Assembly (NCBI GenBank): GCA_030141605.1
Contig: JAQGDQ010000043.1
Location: forward strand, 744,001-808,000
Length of the DNA: 64,000 nt
DNA from: Tubiluchus corallicola
Taxonomy: Eukaryota; Animalia; Priapulida
Direction of reading: 5' to 3'
Shown: piece by piece, positions 1-13,143 of the stretch
Layout: each line of letters starts with the position of its first letter
Position numbering within the stretch: the first letter of the stretch is position 1
Made by a program: the position numbers and the translations under genes
The notes under the pieces: model-generated
Databases searched by the model: none
What the model was told of the DNA's origin: nothing
Seen by the model: only the letters and a program-made list of their open reading frames with translations

Positions 1-733
1 TGACACGTTTCAGGGTGCTCCAGTTAACACTGTAAAACACTTTTAAAAAACTTGTTGACGTACATCATGCCATTAATATGAAAACCAACTGCCAACTTAT
101 TCAGTTCAAGGTGGTAAATGCAGGTTTAGCACAGAAGAAATCATGCATTAAACACAGAGATGGAATCTGCAAGCTCGCCTTATTTGCAGTTTCCCTGTTT
201 TTGGACATGTTGGCGCAGAAGAAGTGTCTCTAAATTATATTATTTGCCATAAGGGAAAGAGTTTAATCCTTGTTAAATTGGTAGACCTTTCGCTGGCATT
301 CTAGACTTCTTTTTACGTGAAAAGCTTGAGAATTAGCTTCCTATTTTTTAAAACAAATAATGCCTGGCAGATTGTACAAGACAAGGGCAAAACGAAGTGT
401 TACCTCTACAAAAGGTACCGTGCAAGGCGATTGGTTCTATTGAAATAACGAGAAACTCGATCCACAAGTAGTACGACTAATTAATATAGTTAGATAATCG
501 TAAGAGCACGTGCTTCCCTATTCAGATGTTGTAAATTGTATACTGACACCTTCTGCGAAGCCTAATGGAGTCAGCATTCATCTCACATCACATGTATAAC
601 ACAGGTAACTTATACAGCCTATAAGTCTTAGAAAGAGTTTCTGATAATGTTGTTCGACAGAGTGTCAACACGCTATGTCAACTATTCCAACTAGTAACTT
701 GTGAGCGTTTGAAGTGGTTAATAGAGCGCAATA

Positions 734-1158
734 GGGCGTTGTGAAAAAGTTTTTCCACCAATATTTTTGGAACCCCACCCACTATGAAGATTTGTGAAAA
801 CATGCTCAAAAGGAAATGTTAGCTTCTTCACATACGAGGGCGTATTATGGAGCCTCATTGTATATCACAAAAAATGAACAGTTTTGGGCAACTGCTTTAG
901 AACTTTATTCATATGAAGGGTTCACAAGAAAATGTTATTGTGCAAAATTTTATCTACATGATGATGGTACATTTTGCAATACTTTATGTGTAAGAATAGG
1001 CAATTATACAGCACAACTGATTCTGAATCATTGTTTTGAGACAGGTGTTCCCAACATCCAATAAAGCTAAAAATTTGCAGGTGAGAATCTTTTCACAAGC
1101 CTTCATAGTGGGTGGAGTTCAAAAAAGACTGGTGAATAAACGTTTTTTCACTACGCCT
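734..1158. mobile_element. Non-autonomous DNA element (MITE), ~425 bp, with ~95-bp imperfect terminal inverted repeats
   Basis: Left gggcgttgtgaaaaag...ccacccactatgaagatttgtgaaaa...ttagctt is the reverse complement of right aagctaa...ttttcacaagccttcatagtgggtgg...ttttcactacgcct. TA flanks both ends (possible TA target-site duplication). Confidence 0.75.
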
Positions 1159-2216
1159 TAATAGTTAATCAGAATCATCATTGTCTATTTAAAATTAGTC
1201 ATCTTGAAATCGGCTTTTCGCGTTGGATACGTGCGATACCGTGTAGCTAGGTAATTGAATCATCTGAACCGCAATGGCTAATAAGTTACAGCCAATTTCA
1301 GAGTAAACAGTTCGATACAAACCGAGTCCCCGAGCAAACATTTCAGTAACCATTCAAGTGTCAGAAGCCAGAGGGGAAGCTTACAGTATCGTGTACACAT
1401 TTCAGTGGCTATACATGTTTGCCTCATTAGATGCTTTTAGTTGCAAATAATTTGTCTTAGGCTGTTGTCACATTTATTACCAAAATCAGCCTAAAATGAC
1501 AACGAAATTCGCCAGCAAAAAATACTGCAATCCCGTAATGGACGTACGATTTCTGTCGAGCATGAAGGCCGTTTACTGTTTGATTTTCTCAAATTTAGTC
1601 AAAGTTAGGCGATCATGGCACGGTGTTGATCTTGCCTGAAAAAAGCAGCTTTAATTAGACGACAATAATTCGTAATGAGTACGGTCATCATAAACATCAA
1701 GTGGTGGCTTGCAAGTGGTGGAATTGCTGAAAGATGCTGTATTACAAGGGCAGGTGGGCGACCCTCATTGTAATTGACAGTAGAAACTGAACTGGCAATG
1801 GCATTGAATGTAAAATAAGGTCAAACTGGGTTTCAGTACAAACTACGGGTAATCACATCAAGCAACATTAAACACAAGCTTTTAATTTCAGTAAAACGTA
1901 CAGAAAGCATAGTGATTCCATAATACTATAGTGGTGCAGCAAACGTTTGGAAAGCTTTCCACTCTTCATAGTAGATACTACGCAGCTATCATGGCAGCAA
2001 ACTCTTATGTGAGATGATTTGGGAAAGCCTAAGTGCTCTTATCATAATGATAATGTTGCTGTTAGCAACAGCACCAGTGAAGAATGTCAACAAGGAAAGT
2101 GAGCAACACTGCGTAGATTTGCAAAACAAGACTATAGATTATAGTACAAAAACATCGTTTTAATATTCACATTTTACTCTTTGAAATATCTCAAACAGTG
2201 TATATTATCGCCATCT

Positions 2217-2252
2217 CCCCCCCCCTCCTCCTCCTCCTCCTCCTCCTCCTCC
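2217..2252. repeat. C run plus (CCT)n microsatellite
   Basis: Directly visible. Confidence 0.9.
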
Positions 2253-2279
2253 ACTAGTCATCGGCACGAAGTTCAACGT

Positions 2280-2625
2280 CATTGAAAATCCTTTCAATCT
2301 GACACGTTTCTGTGGGTAAGGGGTAACACATTGTGGTAAGTATCCTGCAAAGCATAATGATCAGCAATGATACCAAGTAGAGCAGAGCCTGGAAGGTTAT
2401 TCATGCATCTCTGAAACAAAGTAGGAGCTATCATACGATCACTAGCATTGATTTCGTCAGCAGAAAAAAGGCTATCGTTCATATACAACTTACATCTGCA
2501 ATTGTTAACTGAGTAATACACAGAACACTTACACCTATGAAGTTGTGGAATAGATGTCTGTGTCAGACTTTTTAAAAAGCCTCGGAGATCTCAAGGGCCA
2601 TTAACCTAGCCTCACCTTGGCACTG
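2280..2625 (-). mobile_element. Degenerate non-LTR retrotransposon (CR1/Jockey-like) reverse-transcriptase fragment
   Basis: Minus strand reads GEARLMALEISEAF*KV*HRHLFHNF (compare RT motif ALDISKAFDKVWH..LLHKL), followed after a deletion by NNCRCKLYMNDS (compare CKLYADDS). Contains stop codons. Confidence 0.75.
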
Positions 2626-5426
2626 CATATGTCTATCTATTTAACTATTTACTGTTTGTCTGTAACGTCCTTCTGTCCGTCTTTATACCTACCTGCCTAT
2701 TTGTCTGTCTCTCCGTCTATCATACTAGAAAATAGTATCAATAATAGGTCATTAAGATGTTTTTGTGTGACGAAATGTAACTGTAAATAAGAATTTTAAA
2801 ACTAGATAGATGACAAAAATCATAAAAGTATTTATTTGCCAAAAAATCCCTAATCTACATATACAATTCCTTCTTTCATTGACTTGCTGCTAATAGAAGA
2901 CAGGAGATTGTCGGTAGAAGGCAGTATAATATGTTGCAAAATTAGAGCTTCCCTTAGTGAGTATTATTGGAACCGAATTATCAAAATTTGAATTTTATTT
3001 TTATTTTTTGCTTCTATCTTTGAGTGTCCGTGCCACAATGTCTCTGATCCTGTTGGAGAACTATCATATGTGATACTGCACACAAGTCACGTGGCCAACA
3101 ATAAATGCCCAAGAGTGAACTAAAACAATGAAATCGTTTAATGTTATAGAGTCTTAATATTAAAGCAGCAATATTCCCTCTGAAAATAATTATGGCAGCG
3201 AATTTTACAGATCAATTTTTAACTCTGCACATTCGTTTATTTATACGGTTTGCTGCATTAAATGACAAATTTAGGAATCATCATCAGGTTGTTTCTAAAA
3301 AAATTGTCCAGATCCAATGAGAACAAGTCGACAGATTAGTTAAAACATGCGTACTGCAACGCACTATTAACCCTATTTTCAATCCAACGGTAAAGTAACA
3401 GCAAACTGCTACAAATTATTATAGAAAAGTGCTTATGAAAATCTACACAGTAGGAAATTATTAACATTGTATCGTAAAGTTAACAACAATTTTAAATGTT
3501 ACATGCTTATCGTGAATTAAAAATATTTCAAATGTATATACTGCTATAATTGAAATTATTAAATTGCTTATAGAATGTAAAACAGGACTAATTTTAATAT
3601 TTAATTCGTGGTTTCCACATCACTGTCGTAATCAGTGGCTTATAAAAAAATTACAGCAGCACAGGTTTTTAATAAAAGGGGAGAGGAAAACAGTAGAGGG
3701 GCGTATCCAAGTTTCAAGGTAGCAACGGAGATGAAGTAATTCGTGATGTGTGCGTAACTTGGATAACATTTTAACACTTCCTGTCACCTCAAGCAACGCA
3801 GAAGTGAGTGAAGAGATTTGGTCAGTATGGGTGTATGGTAAGAACCATGTCATGTACGTTCATGTTGACGAGACACGTATCTCGAATGATGATGATGTCT
3901 TGGTGTCAAATACTCAACAAATCTCTTCATAGATGGTAACATTTATAAGCCTTGTTGCGAAGGTTCGATTCAATAATTCAAAGTAGCCTACGGATACAAA
4001 CTCAACCACGTTTTTGCTTATCAGTTGGGTGCTGTGTGGTAAAACGACTAGGGATAACTGGCGATATGGAGTATTATCAGATAAAGACACCTGCTTAAGC
4101 TTGTTTTTGATTCATCATCTAGAACGCGGGTTCATCCAGTGATGGAGAATTACCTGACGTGTCAAAAAGTGTGCCATATATGTTTCTGATAAGATATTAC
4201 CTCATGTGGCATTGACATAATAATAACCAAGAAAGCTCTTTTTTCGGACATCATGCTACATCTGAGTGTACATCGCCAGGGATGTGGTGACATCTTGCAG
4301 GAAATGAGACAATCCCAGTTCCATTGGAAGTGACAAAGGTAGAAGAGAGCGTGGTGTTGACACGCAGCAAAAAAATAAGGAAACCCTAGTTCCATTGAAA
4401 GTGCGAATAGGTTAACATACGAACATCTAGCAAGAAATGAGAAAACCTCGGTTTCTCTGGAAGTGACAAAGGCAGAAGAGGAAACTGTTTTGCTGTGCGG
4501 ACAACATTTCGTTGAGGTACAAATGGCAACTTGACTCCAACAATTGTCAAGCAAAGTTATTTCTCATTCTGTGGCGGCAGCCCACTACTTGGTGTAACTT
4601 TTCAATAGTAGTAACAATGTGATTAAATTTTTTGCTATTTGTACTCTCATTAACATCTGTCGTGTTATTTCCTTATTCGAACATTTGCCGGGTTGCTTTA
4701 TTTATTTTATTTTTTTATGTGTACAGTTTTGCAGTTTCACCTTTATACAATACTATAATTATATCGAAAATAAGTCTGTCTTGCGAAGGACAGTTATGTC
4801 AGCAATCAATATTTTCACCATCATTATGACCAGCAGTAACATCAGCTTTTGTTATTGCTGTCGTGTTCGTCATCGCTATCGTCATCGTCGTCATCACTCT
4901 GTTACCACCAGTATCACTTTTCAAATCACTAAAATCTCGCATTACTGTCCACGTGCTTATCATATGTCAATAGTTTTATGGTTTTGCTTCCATGTCAAAA
5001 AACAATTTAATAAACCTAAAAAAACACGTGTTTAATGTAAACTTTAGGGTTTGTAACTCAGTTACCCATAATTTGAACTGAAGCCATTTTGACCTTATTT
5101 TACATTGAATGCAATTTGTCTATTCAGTTTTTATGCTCAATTACAATGAGGGTCGCCCACCTGCTCTTGTAATACAGCATCTTTCAGCAAATGGACGTAC
5201 CAACGGGGCTCATAACTAATACTGCTCTGTTATTAAGACATGATTCAGAAATTTCTACCTGAATAGGCTACTGTGTACGTTTATGCTGTATAATCATAAA
5301 GGTACAATTAACGAGTATTGTTTTCTAATTGATTAATGGGCAAAAAACCTAAATATACCCGTTGTGTAACTTTAACTCAAAACGATTTACGGCTTAAATT
5401 ATTGAAAAGTAGGCAAATATCTTTAA

Positions 5427-5535
5427 TCATCACCATCGTCATCATAACCATCATCATAATCATCATCATAGCCATCATAATTGTCGTCGTCGTCATCATC
5501 ATCGTCGTCGTCACTGCCACCATCATCATGACACC
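5427..5535. repeat. Imperfect (ATC/GTC)n trinucleotide microsatellite
   Basis: Directly visible; explains the poly-Ile/Val ORF 5336-5539. Confidence 0.85.
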
Positions 5536-5613
5536 ATGATGATAATGAGTCGACGTAATGATGCAATGACGGCAACCACAAAGGCAGTCAGCATTAGCGG
5601 TTGTATCAGTAAC

Positions 5614-5615
<2 letters not shown>

Positions 5616-5653
<38 letters not shown>

Positions 5654-5677
5654 CGTGCGTGCGTGCGTGTGCACGCG
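5616..5677. repeat. Compound (GT)n(GC)n(GCGT)n alternating purine-pyrimidine microsatellite
   Basis: Directly visible. Confidence 0.9.
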
Positions 5678-7399
5678 AGGTATCTGGTATGAAATCACCT
5701 TTCAGCAGGCGAACTGTGGATGCCATCCACCAAATTTGTTAAATGTATGATTTTTACGTGTGCTACATTGTTGCAACTTGTTACTATACTATTATAACTT
5801 CTTACTACATTATTGTAACTTCTTTCAGGTTACTAACGTATTTAGCTACTCCAATGTCGTTTGACAAATGACTTTTACCAAATAGTTATTTCCCATCATT
5901 TACTAGTCAAGTAGCTTGGCATATCATAGTTGATATGGTAATTGTTTCCGGCGCTGAATTTCTGGCAATTAGTTACTATAGTTACTAAAGTGTATAGAGT
6001 CTCATTCCATCTTCTCTTTTTTACGTAATTCTCGCTAATGTCCGAACTATAATCAGCTTTGGTACTGTGACTTTAATGGCTTTTAATTAGTTCTTAAAGC
6101 GAGAAAGTTAAACACGTTTTTCGCCTGGGACAGAAGATTTTCTTGCTAGTAGAGTTTGCGTCAAATTTCGCATCAATTCTGAGTTTTTTTTCCAGTGAAG
6201 CACCTTTTTAGTGGAAGTTGGTTTGTTTTTAAATGTTTTGTTCTTGCATTTTAATTAAGGATAAAAATCCCAGGCTGGCTTACTACATGTTTTCGTCATC
6301 TTACTCAATATAAAATGTGAGAAGCAGTAATTGAGAAAATAAATTAAGTGACGTTTACCTAGCATTCAGAATGTGTACGTTATCCACATGCGGAAGGAAA
6401 AATCAATAGGAAATATCTGAAGAAATGAATGATACATAACGCAAGTCTGATAAACGGGTGAATTGAAACACTATAAGCCGAAATTATCTATTCCGCATTT
6501 GCATGAGGCATGCGCATTTTTGTGTACATGTATTAACAAAGTTAGCTCTTTTGGCACAAACAGTAACTCTTTGTTCGAGGTACATGTACTTGAACAAAAG
6601 ACGCTAGAATAGCAATCAAAAACTTTGAGGAAAAGCAACAAATTGACTATAAACCGGTAGGTTATACTGAAATGATGGCGTACAATACTTACTGATGACT
6701 TTATAAGCACACAAAAACAACACTGTGGATCTGGATAGCATGGACTGCATGACTACAATGCTAACATTGAAAGCTCAACCGTGATGTAGGTTCAACGTAA
6801 TAACAGTTGGTATTTAGCGCTAGTTTTAAACATAGTCTGAAATACTTTTTCAGTCTTTCTTACAAGAAATACTGATTCCAACATTATAACACAGAGACTT
6901 TGGTTTAGTAACCGTTCATTTAATCTTACAATTAAATTACGTTGAAGTGGATTATGTATCTAAATTAATGTGGCAGTCAGTTGAATTAATCAGAAAATGG
7001 TCTTCTTGATCAACAAAATTTTCCTGCCCTTTAATCCATTTAATTTTCTAAAAAGGGATTGCGCAAGAGCCGTTTATGTTGGAAAAAGGAATTGGATGTG
7101 CGTTACAGTAATGTTTATGATTTTATGATACAGACTTACAGATCAGTTTTTTATATCTGTATGAACGTGGAGTTTGGCAGTACATTTAATTTTCAAATGT
7201 AGTTTACTGATGGTTTATGTATGATTAAGAAGTATTTCTAACGTAATCACGTATTATAAGATTTCGTTTTACATGACATAAAACAGGAGGAAAGGGAAAT
7301 AAAACTATCATTTTACAATTTTGTTGGTATTTTCTTATTTTTAGTTTATTACTTTTTAGGTTTTTATTGCCATCCAACTCATTGACGTATTTACTGGTT

Positions 7400-7580
7400 T
7401 CAGTTAGTCAGTTGGCCGGCCAGTCAGTCTGTTAGTCAGTCAGTCAGTCAGTCAGTCAGTCAGTCAGTCAGTCAGTCAGTCAGTCAGTCAGTCAGTCAGT
7501 CAGTCAGTCAGTCAGTCAGTCAGTCAGCCAGTCAGTCAGTCAGTCAGCGAGTTAGTCAGTCAATCGGTCAGTCGGTCAGT
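7400..7580. repeat. (CAGT)n tetranucleotide microsatellite; second block at 8283-8320
   Basis: Directly visible. Confidence 0.92.
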
Positions 7581-7589
7581 AAGCAAGTA

Positions 7590-8283
7590 AGTTCCTGTAA
7601 AGAAACATATCTGAGTCATATTGTCTCAGAAGACAACAGGGATGATTTAGACGTCACGAGATTAGTGTTCTATCTATTATTGTAGAGCTAATAAATTATT
7701 AGTGAAATTTCGCTTTTGTTCTACTAGCGCGAAAAAACAGTTGTTTAATTCTTGTTACAGAACTTTTGTTATATGGCCACGTGGAGACATTTTTGTAATT
7801 ATAATTTGTGAAAATTAAAAGTGGCTCACAATGTTTCAATCCACAAATTTTCAGGGTATTCTTGTGACACAAGTGCAAGACTAATAGCAGCCAAACTTGG
7901 GCGAAAATATTTTGATGTATTACATCGAAAACGTCCATACAGCTTTTATATTAGAATGGATCAAAGTGATAACTATATTTGTAAGAATAATGCTGAAAGT
8001 GATGTAAGATTTACTTCTGAAATTGGATGTATGTGGCGCAAGATTTTGTTTTTAATTCAGCTGTAAATTTTGTGAAAACGTACACAGCTTTTCTTATAGC
8101 ATGTGATCTCATTGTGTTAGAGATTAATATTTATGTGAATGTGTGTGTTTGTTTATTTATTTATTATTGTCATTATTTCTTTTTTGTGTTCTTGGTGTAT
8201 TTTTATTTGTAATTTTAATGTTAAGTCTTTTGTGCTATGAACTTATGTTTGAAATAAAGTGATAAATCAAATCAAATCAAATC
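7590..8283 (+). mobile_element. 5'-truncated LINE (CR1/L2-group-like): decayed ORF2 C-terminus, 3' UTR and (AAATC)n tail
   Basis: Frameshifted translation TYLSHIVSEDNRDDLDVTR..RANKLLVKFRFCSTSAKKQLFNS..LYG..KLKVAHN..FSGYSCDTSARLIAAKLG..FDVLHRKRPYSFYIRMDQSDN resembles the post-RT region of non-LTR ORF2. Ends aataaagtgataaatcaaatcaaatc. Confidence 0.75.
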
Positions 8284-9836
8284 AGTCAGTCAGTCAGTCA
8301 GTCAGTCAGTCAGTCAGTCACCACACTGACGTGCACCACAATTTATTGTATTTTTGTATAAGTTTTTGATATTCATATGAACTTTGTAAAGTACGAAATA
8401 ACACTCTATTGACATCAATATCAATCAAAATTAAATCAAATCGCTACCTCAAACAGACTTCCAACCGACACAACGTCGTTTTCGCTATTGATGATTTTGA
8501 GTTTGGATGTCCCATCATTAAAACAATATATATGTGCATGTAAATAAGTGGGTTTCTCAGTAGCAAAAAGAAATTTCAGCACCACACCCTACTGCAACTA
8601 TGGCTTCCCTCAGTGAATCGTCTGGTAGATTATAGACGGCAAAAACTATAAAATTTTTGCACAGCAATTTTTTAATTGCCAAATGCATTTATGTATTTGT
8701 GAATGTTTCTAGTTGTAATAAATTTAATAAACAACTGAAAATGCTCATTTTCTCAGCACTAAATTAGCCATAAATGCATAAGACAGCCTTGATTGCCATT
8801 TGAATTTGCTAATATTCTGAGGACGAGAACAAATTTTTCTTGAAAATGTCAATTAAGCGCATTTCAAATTACACATGCCTGATTAGTTTTGCTATCTTGT
8901 CGGAACATGTTCTGTTCAATTAATAAAATTACTAATATTAAAAGCGACTAGAGGCAGATTCATGCTTAGCTCGGTGGCAGAGCACTTAATTCACGTATGA
9001 TGCATTAACACCGAGGGTTTTACTTGTGGTTTGTGGTTATAGAAGATATTTATTCAAATTCTTTACATAATTTAAAATATTATGTACTTTTAGGCTTTTA
9101 ACTTGAAGTCTGCTAGAGCTATCTACCTTGATGATCATTTCAGTATGTAGCAATTTAATTGCTGCTATCAAAGTGTCATCTCTGATGCATGGTGCCAATT
9201 AACAGCGCAATCCGCAATCTCGGGAAACGAGTAACACGAGATCGCTATCATTTTAATTTAACTCATTCTGATTAATTAAATATTAATTAATTATTCATTG
9301 AAGTTCATTACTGGTGTCTGTAAGAACAAATGATTGTCAGCGCATATTTGGGAAGTCAATCGAAAGTCTAAATAAAATGAATTTGTCACTTTGTCGGACA
9401 GCAGTTTATTTGCAGTTTAAAATTTTGATGTACTGACTGACCGATCAATCCGGTCAATATCACGTAGTATATATCCGGTGGTACATCACTGTACTTCTCT
9501 TTCGCACCCTAACGACTATTTTTATTGATTGACAATAAATTCAAGTTATTATTTATTTTATTAGATTGTTTTATTTTGTGTGTGTCAGATAAACTAAACT
9601 AAACTAATTAATCTGTTAGTCAGTTAGTCAGCCAGTCAGTTAGTTAGTGAGCAGTCAGTAAGTCACCCATTCTCTTACCCAATCAGTCAGTCAGTCGGTC
9701 ATTCCGTTAAACTCTACGTAGATATAAATGTGCATGTCTAGTGTTCTCATGCCAGCTGGTGCCTACACATTCAATGTAATATTGGCATCCACAGCATCTG
9801 CAACCTCAGTACAAACCTCAGTACTGGTAGCTAGTA

Positions 9837-10014
<178 letters not shown>

Positions 10015-10234
10015 TCTGGTGAATAATTAACATTAGCTGGAAGAGCTATTATCGCTGACTGTAAATAACAACCTACAACTACACAACACAGACTATTATT
10101 AACCCACTTTTAAGCTAAATACCACGCGCCAGGCAAGGCAACAGCGGTACCATTTTTAAATAACGGCTGCTGTATCGAACTCATGACCTCCCAGATGGAA
10201 AGTGGAGGAATTACCACTCGGCTAAACCGTCTGG
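10015..10234 (-). mobile_element. tRNA-derived SINE with a Meta/MESC-like central segment
   Basis: Minus strand has A box TAGCCGAGTGG and B box GAGTTCGATAC, then aaaaatggtaccgctgttgccttgcctggcgc (resembles the Meta/MESC SINE core from memory), then an (ATT)n tail. Confidence 0.7.
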
Positions 10235-10239
10235 TAAAA

Positions 10240-11200
10240 TATGCAGGCAAGCTGCACGCGCAACCTCAATGCAAACTTCAGCACCGGTACATGCAGCACG
10301 CACAGCCTCAGTGCGATCCTCAGCACCGATACATGCAGCACGCACAGCCTCAATGCGATCCTCAGCACCGATACATGCAGCACGCGCAATCTCAATGCAG
10401 ACCTCAGTACTGGTACATGTAGCACGCACAATCTCAATGCAAACCTCAGCACAATACATGCAGCACGCACAACCTCAATGAAACCTCAGCACTGATACAT
10501 GCAGTACGCGCAATCTCAATACAAACCTCAGCACTGGTACATACAGTACGCGCAATCTCAATGCGAACCTCAGCATTGGTGGATGCAGCACCTTTACATG
10601 CAGCACGCATAACCTCAATGTAAACCTCAGTACCGGTACACTCAGCACGCACAACGTCAATGCAAACCTCAGTACCGGTACATGCAGCACGCACAGGCTC
10701 AATGCAAAACCTCAGCACCGGTACACGCAGCACGCACAACCTCAATGCAAACCTCAACACCTTTACATGTTGCACGCACAACCTCAATGCAAACCTCAGT
10801 ACCGGTACATGCAGCACGCACAGGCTCAATGCAAAACCTCAGTACTGGTACACGCAGCACGCACAACCTCAATGCAAACCTCAGCATCGGTACATGCAGC
10901 ACGCACAACCTCAATGCAAACCTCAGCACTGGTACATACAGTACGCGCAATCTCAATGCAAACCTCAGCACCGTTGCATGCAGCACGTGCAATTTCAATG
11001 CAAACCTCAGCACCGTTACATTCAGCACGCACAATCTCAATGCAAATCTCAGCACCGTTGCATGCAGCACGTGCAATTTCAATGCAAACCTCAGCACCGT
11101 TACATGCAGCACGCACAATCTCAATGCAAATCTCAGCACCGTTACATGCAGCACGCACAATTTCAGTGCAAACCTCAGCACCGGTAGCTGCAGCACCCAC
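10240..11200. repeat. 42-bp minisatellite, ~22 diverged copies
   Basis: Consensus ATGCAGCACGCACAACCTCAATGCAAACCTCAGCACCGGTAC. It produces overlapping ORFs in all six frames (e.g. MQHAQPQCKPQHRY repeats), interrupted by indels and stops. Confidence 0.93.
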
Positions 11201-12116
11201 AGCCTCAGCTCTGGTAGCTGCAGCATCTATAAAGAGAAACTTCAGTTTCACATGCGTTCACGTAATGTTTGTCACGTCCGCATCAGGTTGGGCTTCAATT
11301 AATTACTGAACTCAGGGAACGTTGATCATTTTTTGTCAATGAAAGTGCAACTTTTTCTCAGCTCCAATAATTCAATTAGCACGTCATATATTGGAAATAC
11401 ACGTAGCTAAAATTGCCACAAAATCAACTTGACAAATGGCTGAATTACAGTAAGTTGAATTAAAACACACAAAGGAAACAAGGAAAGGCAAGAGCGCTTG
11501 CACCTATGCTGCATATTCGGCCTATTAGGTACCACCTAAATAGCTTTGTTAATTAACAGTTTCGTCGCTCTAACTGAGAACAAAGCTAATTGGACTTTTC
11601 TAATCAAGGCAGAAAAACTAGAAGAAAGAAAATTTGTTTGATTGAGACTCGAAGCTTTCAAACTAAATTATTTGTGTCCATTTAAGAAATCTTGACCATT
11701 CTAAACATATGGAACAGTGAATGCAATGAAACAAACAGTGAATGCAGATATCAATCTAAAATTCGCAAGCACTGGCTGAAAATTTAATATGTATCAAACA
11801 GGCTAATATAACTTTATTATAAATTTTATTGCAGACATTTTATTGCATTTACGTACTCTTTGTTTTAAGTACTACTTTTAAATTACGTGTACAGATGTCT
11901 TATTGTACATTATGCCTACGCGAACGAAATGTTCTGGGGGCTGGTGATTGCATGTGCTGTGTATGTAGTGTATTTTACTAATTTTGTGTATAATGCTGTC
12001 CTTTATTTTGTACGTTTTAACTCCCGTTTTTATATGGAGGAAATTCTGAAACAAAGGTTTAAATTCAAATTCAATTCAATTCCAAGTTATGTCTTACAAA
12101 CTGTCACCGAAAATGA

Positions 12117-12718
12117 GTGAGTGTTACTCGTTGATTTAGAGGAGCATCGTTTAACTGTGAGTGTTACTCGTTGATTTAGAGGAGCATCGTTTAACTGTGA
12201 GTGTTACTCGTTGATTTAGAGGAGCATCGTTTAACTGTGAGTGTTACTCATTGATTTAGAGGAGCATCGTTTAACTGTGAGTGTTACTCGTTGATTTAGA
12301 GGAGCATCGTTTAACTGTGAGTGTTACTCGTTGATTTAGAGGAGCATCGTTTAACTGTGAGTGTTACTCGTTGATTTAGAGGAGCATCGTTTAACTGTGA
12401 GTGTTACTCGTTGATTTAGAGGAGCATCGTTTAACTGTGAGTGTTACTCGTTGATTTAGAGGAGCATCGTTTAACTGTGAGTGTTACTCGTTGATTTAGA
12501 GGAGCATCGTTTAACTGTTAGTGCTACTCGTGGATTTAGAGGAGCATCGTTTAACTGTGAGTGTTACTCTTTGATTTAGAGGAGCATCGTTTAACTGTGA
12601 GTGTTACTCGTTGATTTAGAGGAGCATCGTTTAACTGTGAGTGTTACTCGTTGATTTAGAGGAGCATCGTTTAACTGTGAGTGTTACTCGTTGATTTAGA
12701 GGAGCATCGTTTAACTGT
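12117..12718. repeat. 40-bp minisatellite, 15 near-identical head-to-tail copies
   Basis: Unit GTGAGTGTTACTCGTTGATTTAGAGGAGCATCGTTTAACT, about five substitutions in total, no spacers. Confidence 0.96.
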
Positions 12719-13080
12719 AATGTTTTTCTGGTTCTGGCAAACCATTTTCAGAATCCGAGTGGCAAAGCAGCATGTTTTTCAGAATAGTGAAAGTAAATGT
12801 AAAACCGGATATCTTGGGGTGCTATTCACCACATTCAATTGTTGAATGCGAACATTAAAGACTTAACATTGCTCGTGTAACAAGTGTAAACAAGGATAAG
12901 TATAAGCATCGGTTTGAACGGTCCACAATAATGTTACACAACAGAAAATGAGTCAAATAAACAGTTTGTCACATGAGAACAGAGTACACGTTAAAAAATT
13001 GAAAAAAGAAATTTAAAACGAAAAATTACTAATGATTGGCCACAGCACTGCCAGTAGTCCTTTCCGGAAGAAGTAGAATA

Positions 13081-13143
13081 TGATAGTGATGATGATGATG
13101 ATGATGATGTTGTTGTTGTTGTTGTTGATGATGATGATGATGT
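13081..13143. repeat. (GAT)n(GTT)n(GAT)n microsatellite
   Basis: Directly visible. Confidence 0.88.

Larger units (their letters stand above)
1724..5190. mobile_element. Pair of ~130-bp inverted repeats (1724-1854 and 5061-5190) bounding ~3.5 kb; either a decayed DNA transposon or two opposite copies of a short repeat
   Basis: ttgctgaaagatgctgtattacaagggcaggtgggcgaccctcattgtaattga at 1724 matches the reverse complement of tcaattacaatgagggtcgcccacctgctcttgtaatacagcatctttcagcaa ending at 5190 (1 mismatch over about 54 nt), and similarity continues through aatgtaaaataaggtcaaa. No clear target-site duplication. Confidence 0.65.

Noticed and set aside
816-1064. 82-aa ORF as a transposase
   Set aside because: Short internal sequence of a MITE with no DDE or DNA-binding motif.
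10170-10234. Functional tRNA genes (also 13677-13750, 36460-36532, 8965-9030)
   Set aside because: A/B boxes are present but no complete cloverleaf forms, and most continue into SINE bodies and simple-repeat tails.
10183-11309. Cluster of overlapping ORFs as protein-coding genes
   Set aside because: All arise from a 42-bp tandem unit; frames are broken by indels and there is no unique flanking coding sequence or splice structure.
12117-12718. CRISPR array
   Set aside because: Units are head-to-tail with no unique spacers, there are no cas genes, and the context is a spliceosomal eukaryotic genome.
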